Positions 1-11,396 of a stretch of DNA of 64,000 nt are shown in pieces. Below the pieces are notes generated by a model. It ran no database searches, was not told where the DNA came from, and worked only from the letters and a program-made list of their open reading frames with translations. Source of the DNA: Phyllobates terribilis (Eukaryota); the NCBI RefSeq assembly GCF_046119375.1, contig NW_027362771.1:183582001-183646000 (forward strand), read 5' to 3'. The translations under genes and the position numbers were made by a program. Position 1 is the first letter of the stretch; each line of letters starts with the position of its first letter.

Positions 1-82
1 GGTGAGCCGAGTTCATTGGACATTAACTCGGCTCATCTGGATGCCCTCACAGAGAGACACTGTGGAGCGCAAGCAAGCCTGC

Positions 83-1799
83 GCTTCTCAGTGTCTGCGG
101 GATGACAGGCTGGATGGCAGCGTTCTGCTGCGGTCCAGCCTGTCATCTCGATGTAGCAGAGCTGAAGCTGTCATGGGAACCATGGAAAGGTAAGGATGAT
201 GTTGCTTTATTATTTTTCTTTTATTTCAGGAGATCGTTGGCTTCAGCTGGAATGGGCGTGATGGTAAGTATGGTTTAATTTAGAACAATAAAGAATTGTG
301 TGTTTATTTCAATTAAAGGACTTTTTTCTGGGTGCTGTGTTTTTTTTAAATACTTTACTAGAAATTCATGGTGGTCATGTCTAATATTGGCGTGACCCCA
401 TGAATTTCGGGCTTAGGGCCAGCTGATAATGCCAAGCTGGCCCTAACCCCTTTATTACCCAGTGAGCCACCGCATCAGGGCCCTGGATGAGTTGGGTACA
501 GCGCCAGAAGATGGCGCTTCTATGAACGCGCCATTTTCCGGGGTGGCTGCGGACTGCAATTTGCAGCGGGGGTGGCCCAGAAAGCTTGGGCCTCCCTGCG
601 CTGCGGATTCCAGCCCCCAGCTGCCTAGTTGTACCTGGCTGGACACAAAAACAGGGCGAAGCCCCACGTCAATTTTCTTTAAATTATTTCATGAAATAAT
701 TAAGAAAAAAAGGGCTTCCCTATATTGTTGTGTCCGGCCAGGTACAAATAGGCAGCTGGTGGATGGGGGCAGCCCGTTCCTGCCTGCTGTACCTGGCTGG
801 ACACAAATATAGTGCGAAGCCCCACGTCAATTTTTTTTAAATTATTTCATGAATTTCCTGAAATAATTTAAAAAAATTGAAGTGGGGCTTCGCACTATAT
901 TTGTGTCCAGCCAGGTACAGCAGGCAGGAACGGGCTGCCCCCATCCACCAGCTGCCTATTTGTACCTGGCCGGACACAACAATATAGGGAAGCCCTTTTT
1001 TTCTTAATTATTTCATGAATTTCATGAAATAATTAAAAAAAATTGAAGTGGGGCTTCGCACTATATTTGTGTCCAGCCAGGTACAGCAGGCAGGAACGGG
1101 CTGCCCCCAACCACCAGCTGCCTATTTGTACCTGGCCGGACACAACAATATAGGGAAGGCCTTTTTTTCTTAATTATTTCATGAATTTCATGAAATAATT
1201 AAAAAAAAAGTACGTGGGGCTTCGCCCTATTTTTGTGTCCAGCCAGGTACAACTAGGCAGCTGGGGGCTGGAATCTGCAGCGCAGGGAGGCCCAAGCTTT
1301 CTGGGCCCCCCCCCGCTACAAATTGCAGTCCGCAGCCACCCCGGAAAATGGCGCGTTCATAGAAGCGCCATCTTCTGGCGCTGTACCCAACTCATCCAGG
1401 GCCCTGGTGCGGTGGCTCACTGGGTAATAAAGGGGTTAGGGCCAGCTTGGTATTATCAGCTGGCCCCAAGCCCAAAATTCATGGGGTCACGCCAGTATTA
1501 GACATGACCGCCATGAATTTCTAGTAAAGTATTTAAAAAAAACACAACACCCAGAATAAAGTCCTTTAATTGAAATAAAGACACAATTCTTTATTGTTCT
1601 AAATTAAACCATACTTACCATCACACCCATTCCAGCTGAAGCCAACGATGTCCTGCAATAAAAGAAAAATAATAAACCAACCTCATCCTTACCTTTCCAT
1701 GGTTCCCACAACAGCTTCAGCTCTGCTACATCGAGATGACTGGCTGGACCGCAGCAGAACGCTGCCATCCAGTCTGTCATCCCGCAGACACTGAGAAGC
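83..1799. repeat. ~1.7-kb foldback (long inverted repeat), probably internal to a non-autonomous hAT-type element
   Basis: Left arm 83-849 is the reverse complement of right arm 859-1799 (e.g. gcttctcagtgtctgcgggatgac at 83 vs gtcatcccgcagacactgagaagc ending 1799). The loop is 9 nt (850-858). The right arm has one extra ~179-bp unit. Confidence 0.9.
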
Positions 1800-2345
1800 C
1801 AACACTATCACTGTACTTCATATATATGTGACTGACATGTTTCTATCTATCTAATCTATGTGTGATGCTCTATCTTTCTGTTCTAAATTGTCGGGTACCG
1901 CTGCTGAATTGCCGGCCGGCTTTTTTAAAGAGACAGTGCATGAAAACACTATTATTTTTTTAAATAAATCCTTTACACTAAATGACAAGTACAGTAAGCA
2001 ACACTATCACTGTACTTATTATATATGTGACTGACATGTTTCTATCTATCTAATCTATGTGTGAAGCTCTATTCTTTCTGTTCTAAATTGTCGGGTACAG
2101 ATGCTGAATTGCCGGCCGGCTTTTTTAAAGAGACGGTGCATGAAAACACTAATATTTTTTTTAATAAATCCTTTACACTAAATGACAAGTGCAGTAACCA
2201 ACACTGTCACTGTGCTTCTTATATGTGTGACTGACATGTTTCTATCTATCTAATCTATGTGTGATGCTCTATTCCTTCTTGTCTAAATTGTCGGGTACCG
2301 GTGTATGCCGCTGCTGAATTTGCCGGCCGGCTTTTTTAAAGAGAG
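1800..2345. repeat. ~200-bp tandem repeat, about 2.7 copies
   Basis: aacact(a/g)tcactgt...ctatctatctaatctatgtgtga...tcgggtac...gccggccggcttttttaaag recurs at about 1800, 2000 and 2200. Confidence 0.85.
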
Positions 2346-2554
2346 TGTCTTCTGAGCAGTTTGTCAGCTTTTGGACACCTTTGCAGGTGTTTTCTATGTG
2401 TTTCTATGTGTTTTTGTTTGCTTGCCATTGGTTTTAACGGTGTTCGACGGTGTTCTAAGGTGTTCGACGAACAGTTCGACGAACAGTTCCTCGAACATCC
2501 CGGTGTTCGACGAACCGAACCGAACCCGAACACTACGGGGGTGGCTCAACACTA
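2340..2554. mobile_element. Terminus of a hAT-family element whose other end is not in the window
   Basis: Ends in gctcaacacta (reverse complement of TIR TAGTGTTGAGC). 2340-2554 is the reverse complement of 3433-3640. It abuts a hAT transposase C-terminal coding fragment. Confidence 0.8.
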
Positions 2555-2649
2555 CTGACAATGCTGACAAGCTGACACTTATTAAAATGAGCAAGGGCTG
2601 GATTGAGCCAGACTTCTCATCTCCACCAAATGACAGCAGAGTAACATAA
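2555..2649 (+). pseudogene. C-terminal fragment of a hAT transposase (outer element), cut off by the insertion ending at 2554
   Basis: DNADKLTLIKMSKGWIEPDFSSP aligns with DNVDRLTFIKMNKSWIRNDFSTP at the end of the 7833-11396 transposase. Confidence 0.8.
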
Positions 2650-2938
2650 AGTCAAATCCACTGTGTTATTTCGGGAGGTGTATTCCCATGCACCGCTTCA
2701 CAACCACACATGGGTATACGCTTCCTCATTTTGGCTGTTTTTTGCTCTTCTCCTTATCCTCAGCCTCCACCACCACTATACCACCAGGGTGACCGTGGTC
2801 CGTGTTGCCATTATTGAAAGTTCCTCCATCCTTATTTTTGTCAGCTTTTGCTTGGAAGGCATAAGCAAAGACTGTGGGAGACCCACTCCCCAATAATGGG
2901 AATAATATTTTTAAGATGCTGTACTGTATGGCTCTTGT

Positions 2939-3432
2939 AAGGGGCATTTAAAGCATCTTGTTATACCACTCTGACCTCCACGTCTCTTGTAAGGGGCATT
3001 AAAACTGTCTTGTTATACCACTCTGACCTCCACGACTCTTGTAAGGGGCATTAAAAGCATCTTGTTATACCATTCTGACCTCTACGTCTTTTCTGAGGGG
3101 CATTAAAAGCATCTTGTTATACCACTCTGACCTCCACGTCTCTTGTAAGGGGCATTAAAACTGTCTTGTTATACCACTCTGACCTCCACGTCTCTTGTAA
3201 GGGGCATTAAAAGCGTCTTGTTATACCACTCTTACCTCCACGTCTCTTCTGAGGGGCATTAAAATCATCTTGTTATGCCACTCTGACCTCCACATATCTT
3301 GTAAGGGGCATTAAAAGCGTCTTGTTATACCACTCTGACCTCCACGTCTCTTTTAAGGGGCATTAAAACCGTCTTGTTATACCACTCTGACCTCCACGTC
3401 TCTTGTAAGGGGCATTAAAAGCGTCTTGTTAT
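2939..3432. repeat. 52-bp tandem array, about 9.5 units (left part)
   Basis: Unit aaggggcattaaaagcatcttgttataccactctgacctccacgtctcttgt at a 52-nt period. Confidence 0.9.
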
Positions 3433-3937
3433 TAGTGTTGAGCCACCCCCGTAGTGTTCGAGTTCGGTTCGGTTCGTCGAACACCCGTGTGTTCTCCGAA
3501 CTGTTCGTCGAACTGTCCGTCGAACACCTTCGAACACCGTTAAAACCAATGGCAGGCAAACAAAAACACATAGAAACACATAGAAAACACCTTCAAAGGT
3601 GTCCAAAAGCTGACAAACTGCTCAGAAGACATAACTAACACATGGAAAAGTGACAAGTACATATAGTCATGCGAAAATAAAAGAGGTGGAGGAGTAAAAG
3701 GAGGGGGAGACACAGATATAGGCATGTCATGCCCTTCTAAAATCCAAAAAGTGAGAAGCCGACACGGCCAGTCCGCTCCTGCCCGTGCCACCTCCGTGTC
3801 GCCGGGTTTGTGCCAGAGCCGCGGTGAACCCTGACGGCCAGCCCCCCTCTCCCAATACTGGTGCCTGTCCGCTGGTGGGTCGAGCGAGCCCCCCTGTGGT
3901 GGAGGCAGCTCTAAGCTTTTTAATTTAAATTGTCTCT

Positions 3938-4211
3938 CTAATTTGAATGAATACACTTTAAATCCATTTACAAGGATCTATTGGAGGGCAAGTCTCATGC
4001 CAGCAGCCGCGGTAATTCCAGCTCCAGTAGCGTCCACTAAAGCTGCTGCAGTTAAAAAGCTTTTATAAGGATCGAGCTCGGCTGTCCACCGCAAGGCATC
4101 CTACTGCCAGTCCCAGCCCCTATGCCTTGGGGTGCCTCCTGATGCTCTTCACTAAGTATCCCATGGTCCCGAAGCATTTCCTTTGAAAAAATTAAGTGTC
4201 TAAACTACAGG
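3938..4211 (+). pseudogene. Degenerate 18S rRNA fragment (helix 18 / 530-loop region into V4)
   Basis: Contains ttggagggcaagtc..tgccagcagccgcggtaattccagctcca.tagcgt..taaag.tgctgcagttaaaaagct and gatgctctt...cccgaagc.ttt.ctttgaaaaaatta, collinear with vertebrate 18S rRNA as recalled. Many substitutions; only about 270 nt. Confidence 0.88.
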
Positions 4212-4319
4212 TGGTGCAGCTTGCTTAACAGCCGGGATAATCCGCTGACTAGCAGACACTGCTACTAGGCACAAAGTATTTCCTGGGCTAGATGCAGTTA
4301 AAAATTTGTAATTAGATAC

Positions 4320-6065
4320 TCTCGTTGGATGCTGAGAAAGCATTCCATAGAGTCTCCTGGCACGCCATATATGATTCTCTTAAAAAGCTTGCGGTAGGGG
4401 TCTAGGGGACCCTTTTATAGCCAAAATCACGGCCCTGTATCGCAATACGTCACCTAGGCTGAAGATAAATGGAACTGTAGCACCCTGAGGGCTCGGTTGC
4501 TACAGACGTATTGCACCTCACCCAGAGGTGTGATATCTCACTCTCAGGTAAGGATGGAGTGTGGATCAGGACCCGACACCTGCATGCATTACACCACATT
4601 GCCGTGGGGCAGGGCGACCAATATGCCCCTGAGATGGGCACGACAGTCCCTGTCCCTGGCTGGAGGGGAGTATAAAAGGTGGGCACCATCTTAGTTCAGT
4701 GCAGAGAAGTCTGAGCAGAAGTGGCAGGGAGCAGGGGCTCTGCATGAGCTCTGCTCCGGAGGCGGGCCTAGTAACAGAGGCCCAGGCCTGGAAGAGGGAG
4801 AAGGAAGGAAGAGGAGCGGAGAAGGCTCCAGGAACGAGGAATGAAGGGATCCCAGGGGTGCGGACGGGCGAGTCGCCACCACACGCCCGAATCCACCTGC
4901 GTGGAGGGGTCAGGCCAAAGGGGGAGACCGATCCCCGAACTAGTGGAGGCAGGAAACGACCCTCAGCTAGAAACCGGAGGCTCTGACATTTTATGTGGCG
5001 CAGCCCCTCGCTACACCCGCTAGGAAGGCACCACATAGGGTCAGGGAAACTGGCGCCAAGTTTACCAAGAGGAGGCCCGAGGCAGCCGGACAGAAGTGTT
5101 GGTAAGAAAGGCCAGACAAAGGACACACAAAGGGGGTCCTGTGAAGTGCTCCAAAGTTATCTGGGAGTTGTCTGAGCCCCTCACCTGGTGAGCACAGTAC
5201 GACGTGGGCAGCCGTTACCTGCAGACGTGGTCTGGATAATAAGAACTGTGAGTAAAGGCCCTGAACTGCATCACTGACTCCGTGTCGTTACTGCTGCTGC
5301 CCTGCACCATCACCCCCATCCTCCGCATACACTGCCCTGAGGCTATACTCCTCCCGTGGGGAGTTATGCTACGCTCTGCTGCACCCACAACACCAGCCTC
5401 AGCGGTCTGCCCTGTAGCGGCGGTTCACTCTGACCGCAATCCACGGGTGGCGTAGTCGGACATTTAAACATCAAAACCACATAAATAGTTCCGCCACTGG
5501 TTTGACCGCCCTGAGCCACGGAACCGGGTCGCCGCACCGAAGACTACAACCACCAGCATCCACCAAAAAGGGTCCGGCTCCGGGTGTCCCAAGGCCCAGG
5601 GGGTGCGTCAGAACATTTTCATCACCTTTCACAATCACCAATGGGACAAGGCAGTGATGTCCTCTGTCCCCTCTCTTATACATCCTAGTGACGGAGCACC
5701 TGCTCTCATCAATTCGCCATAACCCCAATATTAGGTGGATTGAGGTGGGAGGCACCGAGTACAAGTGCTCTCTATTTGCTGATGATGTCCTAGTATATAT
5801 CACTCAATCACATATATCCATCCATGCTGTTATGGCTGAAATAGATCACTTTGTTACATGGTAAAATTTTAAAATCAATGCAGCGAAGTCTGAGGCCCTC
5901 GATGTCTCCCTCCCCAAATCCATATAGGATTCCATCCAGTCCAACTTTCCCTTTGCCTGGCCCTCACAGGGTATCAAATACTTAGGAATTCCTATTCATA
6001 GAGACCTCTCCCATCTATGTTATCTTAATTTTGGGCCCTTTATTGAACAACTCCATACAGACCAC
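4320..6065 (+). pseudogene. L1-type LINE reverse transcriptase fragment split by a solo LTR (4320-4475 and 5611-6065)
   Basis: SLDAEKAFHRVSW, ...KINGTFSSPFTITNGTRQ*CPLSPLLY, SLFADDVLVYI and IKYLGI motifs. The frame continues across the LTR insertion point; stops and a frameshift are present. Confidence 0.88.
4476..5610 (+). mobile_element. Solo LTR (1135 bp), same LTR lineage as 49463-54593 and 59885-60880
   Basis: TGTAGCACCC...GGGTGCGTCA ends; 4-bp TSD GAAC on both sides; TATAAAAGGTGGGCACCATCTT at 4671. Confidence 0.92.
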
Positions 6066-6132
6066 GGTTGGCAAGTTAGAACGGTAAGATTCACTACGTG
6101 AACCACTGGTGTTTTGTGGAAAAGCACATGTA

Positions 6133-7500
6133 CACTGCGTTCCAAATTATTATGCAAAAAGTGTTTAGGAGTGATAAGGGAAGAATTTGTTTGCTTGTCA
6201 GTTAAACTCATTGATGGTGATGTGTGTCAGGGCTCTTTATATCACTGTAAGCAATTGCAGACACCTGTGCTAATTAGTTTGGCAGGTGTGTCCAATGAAA
6301 GGCAAGACTACTTAAGAAGGCTCTCTCACATTATTAAGCAGCCTACATTTTCTGCCAAAATGGGAAAGAAAAAGGATGTGTCGGCTGCTGAGAAGCAACA
6401 AATTGTGGAGTGTTTAGGTCAAGGCATGACTACAATCAACATTGTGCGATGATCAGGATGAAGTGTCTTGGCAATCAAGAAGTATGTAGCTGATTCACAG
6501 TACACACGTGTGCGTGCTGATAAGGGCAAATTGAGGACTCTTTCCTACAGGCAATTACGTCAGGTTGAAAGAGCAGCGGCAAAAAAGCCTTGTCATAGCA
6601 GCAGACAAGTTTTTGAAGCTGCTTGTGCCTCCAACGTCCCCCGAACAACAAGATGCAGGGTCCTTCAGAGGTTTGCAGCTGTGCATGCGCCATCCTGTCG
6701 ACCTCCTCTATCCACTTCACACAAGCAGAAACAGCTCCAGTGGGCCAAACATTACATGAAGACTGATTTCAAAACTGTTTTGTTCACGGATGAGTGCCGT
6801 GCAGCGCTCGATGGTCCAGATGGATGGAGTGGAGGATGGCTGGTTGATGGACACCCCACGCAAACACGGCTACAGCGCCAACAAGGAGGAGGTGGAGTAA
6901 TGTTTTGGGCTGGAATCATGGGGAGAGAGATTGTCGGCCCCTTTAGGATCCCTGAAGGTGCTAAAGATGAACTCCATAATGTATGTGGATTTTCTCAAAC
7001 AGCACTTCCTGCCATGGTTCAAGAAGAAGAACCGTGTATTTCACAGCAAGATCATTTTTCTGCATGATAAGGCACCATCTCATGCTGCACATAAAACATC
7101 TGCATCTCTGGCTGATATGGGCATAAAAGGGGACAAACTTATGGTGTGACCCCCATGCTCCCCTGACCTCTACCCCATTCAGAACCTTTGGAGCATCATT
7201 AAAAGGAGTGTCTATGATGGCGGGAGGCAGTTCACATCTAAGCAACAGCTCTGGGAGGGTATTCTGTCCTCATGCAAAACAATTGAAGCAGAAACCATCC
7301 AAAACCTGACAAATTCAATGGACGAGAGAGTTCAGAAGCTCCTTTCGAACAAGGGGTCCTATGTGAAAATGTAACATCACCTAGAATAAAGTTTTGAGTT
7401 GAAAACTGTTTGATTTCAGTTTCTAACAACCTGCTAATGCTTATAATTTCAAAAATGACCATTTTTTTGGTCTTTATTAAAATGAAAAGGTTGATCGAAA
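6133..7500 (+). mobile_element. Tc1 transposon, right TIR missing; transposase pseudogene 6360-7374
   Basis: TA followed by CACTGCGTTCCAAATTATTATGCAAA. MGKKKDVSAAEKQQIVE start; VLFTDEC, FLHDKAPSH and SPDL*PIQNLW motifs; stops and a frameshift. Confidence 0.88.
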
Positions 7501-7504
7501 AGTT

Positions 7505-7630
7505 TGGGGGATCTAAGAGTGTGGCAACCCAGTAGTCATGATTACTTCGAATTCTGACAATATGAGGGTCATGCTGCAGGTAGTGCAGCAAGAAGGCACT
7601 TATGTGCCTTGCGCATCTCGGAGCCCCAAA
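7505..7630 (-). pseudogene. Diverged second copy of part of the hAT transposase (with 6066-6130)
   Basis: 7505-7630 resembles 8444-8570 (LHYLQHDPHIVRIRSNHDYWVATLLDP) and 6066-6130 resembles 8287-8350. The Tc1 lies between the two pieces. Confidence 0.75.
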
Positions 7631-7832
7631 ATTATTTTCCGGGCTAGATGCAGCTAAAAATTATTTTTAATTTTAAATCTGGTGAAGCTTTAGTATAGAT
7701 GGCCTAATAGGATCAGTGCTGCACACTGCTACAAAGCCCAAATTATTTTCCAGTCAAGATACAGATAAACATGATTAGTAATTTGAAAGCTTAAAACGGT
7801 TGGTAGGGTGATTTTAACCAATCATCAAGCTT

Positions 7833-10800
7833 TTACTCTCCCCAGGATGACACAGGGGTAGAAAAGTCGTTTCGGATCCATGATTTGTTCATCTTTATGA
7901 ACGTGAGTCTGTCTACATTATCAGTGGAGAGCCGCGTGCGCTTATCTGTCAGCACACCACCAGCAGCACTGAACACACGTTCAGACAGAACGCTGGCTGC
8001 GGGGCATGACAAGATCTCCAAGGCGTAAGTGGCTAGCTCCGGCCATTTATCCAGATTGGAAGCCCAAAAAGAGCAAGGGTCCAGTGACACAGTCGTGGCT
8101 TCAATGTTTACTTGGAGATACTCCTGTACCATCGTCTCTAGGCGTTGACTATGTGTCAGACTTCTTGTCTCCTGTGGCCTTGCAAAGGATGGGCTAAAAA
8201 AGTGGTGAAATGATTCCGCAAAATTGATGTTACCAGCAGATACTGTGGTTCTGTTACGGTTTGAGTGCTGAACACTTGACGGTCCCACGGTTGGCAAGTT
8301 GGAACTGTGAGATTCACTACGTGCACCACTGGTATTTTGTGGAAAAGCACATGCAAGATTCTGCAACAGTCTCTGCTGATACTCCTGCATGCGTGCATTC
8401 CTTTCTATGGCAGGAATAATTTCTGCAAATTTACTTTTGTACCGGGGATCTAACAGTGTGGCAACCCAGTAGTCAGGATTATTTCTAATTCTCACAATTC
8501 GAGGGTCATGTTGCAGGTAGTGCAGCAAGAAGGCACTCATGTGTGTTGCGCATCCAGGAGCACCAAGTCCCTGTTGTGTTGGTGCCGAGGTAACAATCAT
8601 GCTTCCTTCCTCTGTCCTCTCCCCCGAACCTCGCACAACAGAAATGTGATCAAGGTCTCCCTCATCTGATGAGTCTTCCATCAGTTCGTCCTCCACTTCT
8701 TCCTGGGCTCCTGCACCTTCCTCACTAGTTTGGCTGCTACCATGCGCCCTGGTAAAACCATCTCCCCCACCCTCACATGCCTGCCGCCTTGGTGCTGCCG
8801 ACCGTCTGGACCTTGCAGATGTTAGCCCTTCCGCATACAACTCCTCCTCCTCTACTTCCTCCACCTCCTCTTGTGCCACCACCTGACTCCGAATTCTGTT
8901 TAACATGTGCTCCAGCATGTAAATCACCGGAATAGTCATGCTGATAATGGCATCGTCAGCACTAAACATCTTCGTCGCCATTTCAAAACTGTGCAGAAGG
9001 GTGCATAGGTCCCTGATCTGAGACCACTCCTCCAGCGTGATTTGCCCCACCTCTGAATCTCGTTGGCCCAGGCTATACGTCAGAACGTATTGCACCAGGG
9101 CTTGTCGGTGCTGCCACAGTCGCTGCAACATGTGCAGAGTTGAATTCCACCGGGTAGGCACATCGCATTTTAGCCGGTGAAGTGGCAGGCCCAACGACTT
9201 CTGTAGAGATGTAAGTCGCTGAGCTGCGGGATGCGAACGGCGGAAGTGAGCACACAGCGACCGTGCCCTCTGCAGAAGGCCATCTAGTCTGGGATAGTGG
9301 GCTAAAAATTGCTGGACAACCAGGTTCAACACGTGAGCCATACAAGGCACGTGTGTGACATTGCCCCGGCAAAGGGCCGCACCCAGGTTTGCAGCATTGT
9401 CGCACACGGCCTTCCCTGGTTTCAGGTCCAGTGGAGACAACCATTCATGAAATTGGTTCTCCAGAGCTGACCACAACTCCTCAGCTGTGTGACTCACATT
9501 TCCCAGACATTTCAATGTAAAAACCGCCTGATGACGTTGAGCCCTACTGCCAGCATGGTAAGGAGGTGTGCAGGATCCCTTCTGCGCAGTTAGAAAGCTT
9601 GTGGCATGACCAGACAGGCTTTGGGTGCAGGTGGAAGACCGAGAGGAGGTTGAGGAGGCAGAAGCAGTGGAGGAACTTTGACATAAAGAGGATTGACGCA
9701 CAACTCGTGGGGACGGCAAGACTTGGACAGCAGCCCCTTGTCCTGCTGTCACCATAGTTACCCAGTGCCCAGTCAGCGACATGTAACGCCCCTGTCCATG
9801 CCTACTCGTCCAAGTGTCTGTGGTGAAATGCACCCTGTCACACACAGAGTTTCTCAAAGAAGCGGTGATGTTATGTGCGACATGCTGGTGGAGCGCAGGC
9901 ACACCTTTCTTTGAGAAGTAGTGCCGACTGGGCATCTGGTACTGGGGCACTGCGACGGACATAAGGTCTCGAAAATCCTCTGTGTCCACCAGGCGGAAAG
10001 GCAGCATTTCTGTAGCCAAGAGCTTGCAGATGGTGAAATTCAACCTCTTAGCTTTCTCATGGCTAGGAGGAAATGGTCTTTTACTTGTCCACATCTGAGG
10101 GACCAAGGGCTGGCTATTGTGCTTAGACGGGGTTGATAAGGGTGTCCCCGGCAAACTGCCGGTCTGTGAGGAAGATGCAGGCGGACATGTTAGGTTGCCT
10201 TGATCCAAAGGTGGTGCTATCGATGTCAGACAGCGCTCAACACCAGCTGGTGTTACCACCTCCAAAGAAAATGATGACCTGCCAATCACGCTGGCTGTTG
10301 CGGGTAAAGAGGTGGCAGGTCTGCGCCCCAAAACAGGTGTGACTACTGTCCCCCCAGTCACAGAGGATGAAGAGGCCGCGGATGCACAAGATATGGCAGA
10401 CGGTGGTTGGCCCGGCCGGCTAGGCCGCATTGTAGCACACTGAGCTTCCCACTGCAACTTATGCTTCATGTCCATGTGCCGGTTCATGCATGAAGTACTC
10501 AAACTATGTATTTTTTGGCCTCTACTTAGCTTTTGCTGACAAATGTTACAGATAACACGAGTTGGGTCATCTTTATCGATCTGAAAAAATGCCCAGGCTA
10601 TGCAAGGCTTAGCACCCATGCGACCTGAAGAGCCACCACGACTTGTGGTGAGAGGCAGAGTTGTGTTTGAGGATGCAGTTGTTGATGTGCTTCCAGTACT
10701 ACGTCTCTGTCCAGGAAGGCGCAACCTGACCTCGTCGTCACTAGCATCTTCCTCCACCTCCTCTGCTGACCTCATCTCTTGGCTGACTGTGGGTTGACAG

Positions 10801-11396
10801 TAAGTGGGATCTCCGACCTCATCATCATCACCCTGTGCGTTATCACACCCGTCGTCCTCAGAGCCAACCTGTTCCTGCCCTGACAAAAAACTAAAGTTGT
10901 CGCTCCAATCAGGTATTTGAGTCTTATCATCGTCTTCCTCATTGTCTCCACCAACAGGAGTTACAGTTTGGGAATGAGGGTCTACATTATGGTCAAAACC
11001 TTCTGCGTCTGGTCCTGGATCCGACTCATAAAGATTCTGGGCATCAGTGCAGATCATTTCCTCGTCTGGATTCACAGAAGCGCTGGAGTCGACCTCTGAT
11101 TCCCAGGCTATAGTATGAGTAAACAGCTCTGCAGACTCAACCATCTGTTCTACCTCATACTCAGACGGGCAGCTGGAGATTTGGAAGCTGTGAGGAAGCA
11201 AGTGCGATTTGGGTGACACCTTTGAGGACTGGAGTATTTGTGATGTTGAAGTTGATGTGGAGGAGAGCCCACTTAAAGGAGCACTTGATATCCGTTGAAG
11301 CACCTGCTGTTTTTGTGCCTCATCTGGAATTTGTAGCGATTGGCGTGGCCGTAAGAAAGGGATCTTATCACATTGTCCGCTAAAAGAAGTAGACAT
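7833..11396 (-). CDS. hAT transposase with BED zinc finger (ZBED-like), 1187 aa
   Basis: BED finger AWAFF...CNIC...MNRHMDMKH. Catalytic and conserved motifs HFTTDTWTS, VCDNAAN, CMAHVLNL, PTRWNST and SCPAASVLSERVFS. An in-frame upstream ATG at 11534 is blocked by a TGA at 11505-11507. Confidence 0.93.
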   Translation of the reverse strand: MSTSFSGQCDKIPFLRPRQSLQIPDEAQKQQVLQRISSAPLSGLSSTSTSTSQILQSSKVSPKSHLLPHSFQISSCPSEYEVEQMVESAELFTHTIAWESEVDSSASVNPDEEMICTDAQNLYESDPGPDAEGFDHNVDPHSQTVTPVGGDNEEDDDKTQIPDWSDNFSFLSGQEQVGSEDDGCDNAQGDDDEVGDPTYCQPTVSQEMRSAEEVEEDASDDEVRLRLPGQRRSTGSTSTTASSNTTLPLTTSRGGSSGRMGAKPCIAWAFFQIDKDDPTRVICNICQQKLSRGQKIHSLSTSCMNRHMDMKHKLQWEAQCATMRPSRPGQPPSAISCASAASSSSVTGGTVVTPVLGRRPATSLPATASVIGRSSFSLEVVTPAGVERCLTSIAPPLDQGNLTCPPASSSQTGSLPGTPLSTPSKHNSQPLVPQMWTSKRPFPPSHEKAKRLNFTICKLLATEMLPFRLVDTEDFRDLMSVAVPQYQMPSRHYFSKKGVPALHQHVAHNITASLRNSVCDRVHFTTDTWTSRHGQGRYMSLTGHWVTMVTAGQGAAVQVLPSPRVVRQSSLCQSSSTASASSTSSRSSTCTQSLSGHATSFLTAQKGSCTPPYHAGSRAQRHQAVFTLKCLGNVSHTAEELWSALENQFHEWLSPLDLKPGKAVCDNAANLGAALCRGNVTHVPCMAHVLNLVVQQFLAHYPRLDGLLQRARSLCAHFRRSHPAAQRLTSLQKSLGLPLHRLKCDVPTRWNSTLHMLQRLWQHRQALVQYVLTYSLGQRDSEVGQITLEEWSQIRDLCTLLHSFEMATKMFSADDAIISMTIPVIYMLEHMLNRIRSQVVAQEEVEEVEEEELYAEGLTSARSRRSAAPRRQACEGGGDGFTRAHGSSQTSEEGAGAQEEVEDELMEDSSDEGDLDHISVVRGSGERTEEGSMIVTSAPTQQGLGAPGCATHMSAFLLHYLQHDPRIVRIRNNPDYWVATLLDPRYKSKFAEIIPAIERNARMQEYQQRLLQNLACAFPQNTSGARSESHSSNLPTVGPSSVQHSNRNRTTVSAGNINFAESFHHFFSPSFARPQETRSLTHSQRLETMVQEYLQVNIEATTVSLDPCSFWASNLDKWPELATYALEILSCPAASVLSERVFSAAGGVLTDKRTRLSTDNVDRLTFIKMNKSWIRNDFSTPVSSWGE

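Noticed and set aside
2939-3432. Regular arrays (52-bp, 67-bp, ~110-bp) as CRISPR arrays
   Set aside because: Units are contiguous tandem copies without unique spacers, there are no cas genes, and the context is eukaryotic transposon arms.
3938-4211. Functional 18S rRNA gene
   Set aside because: Only about 270 nt, heavily substituted, and no other part of the 45S unit was confirmed.
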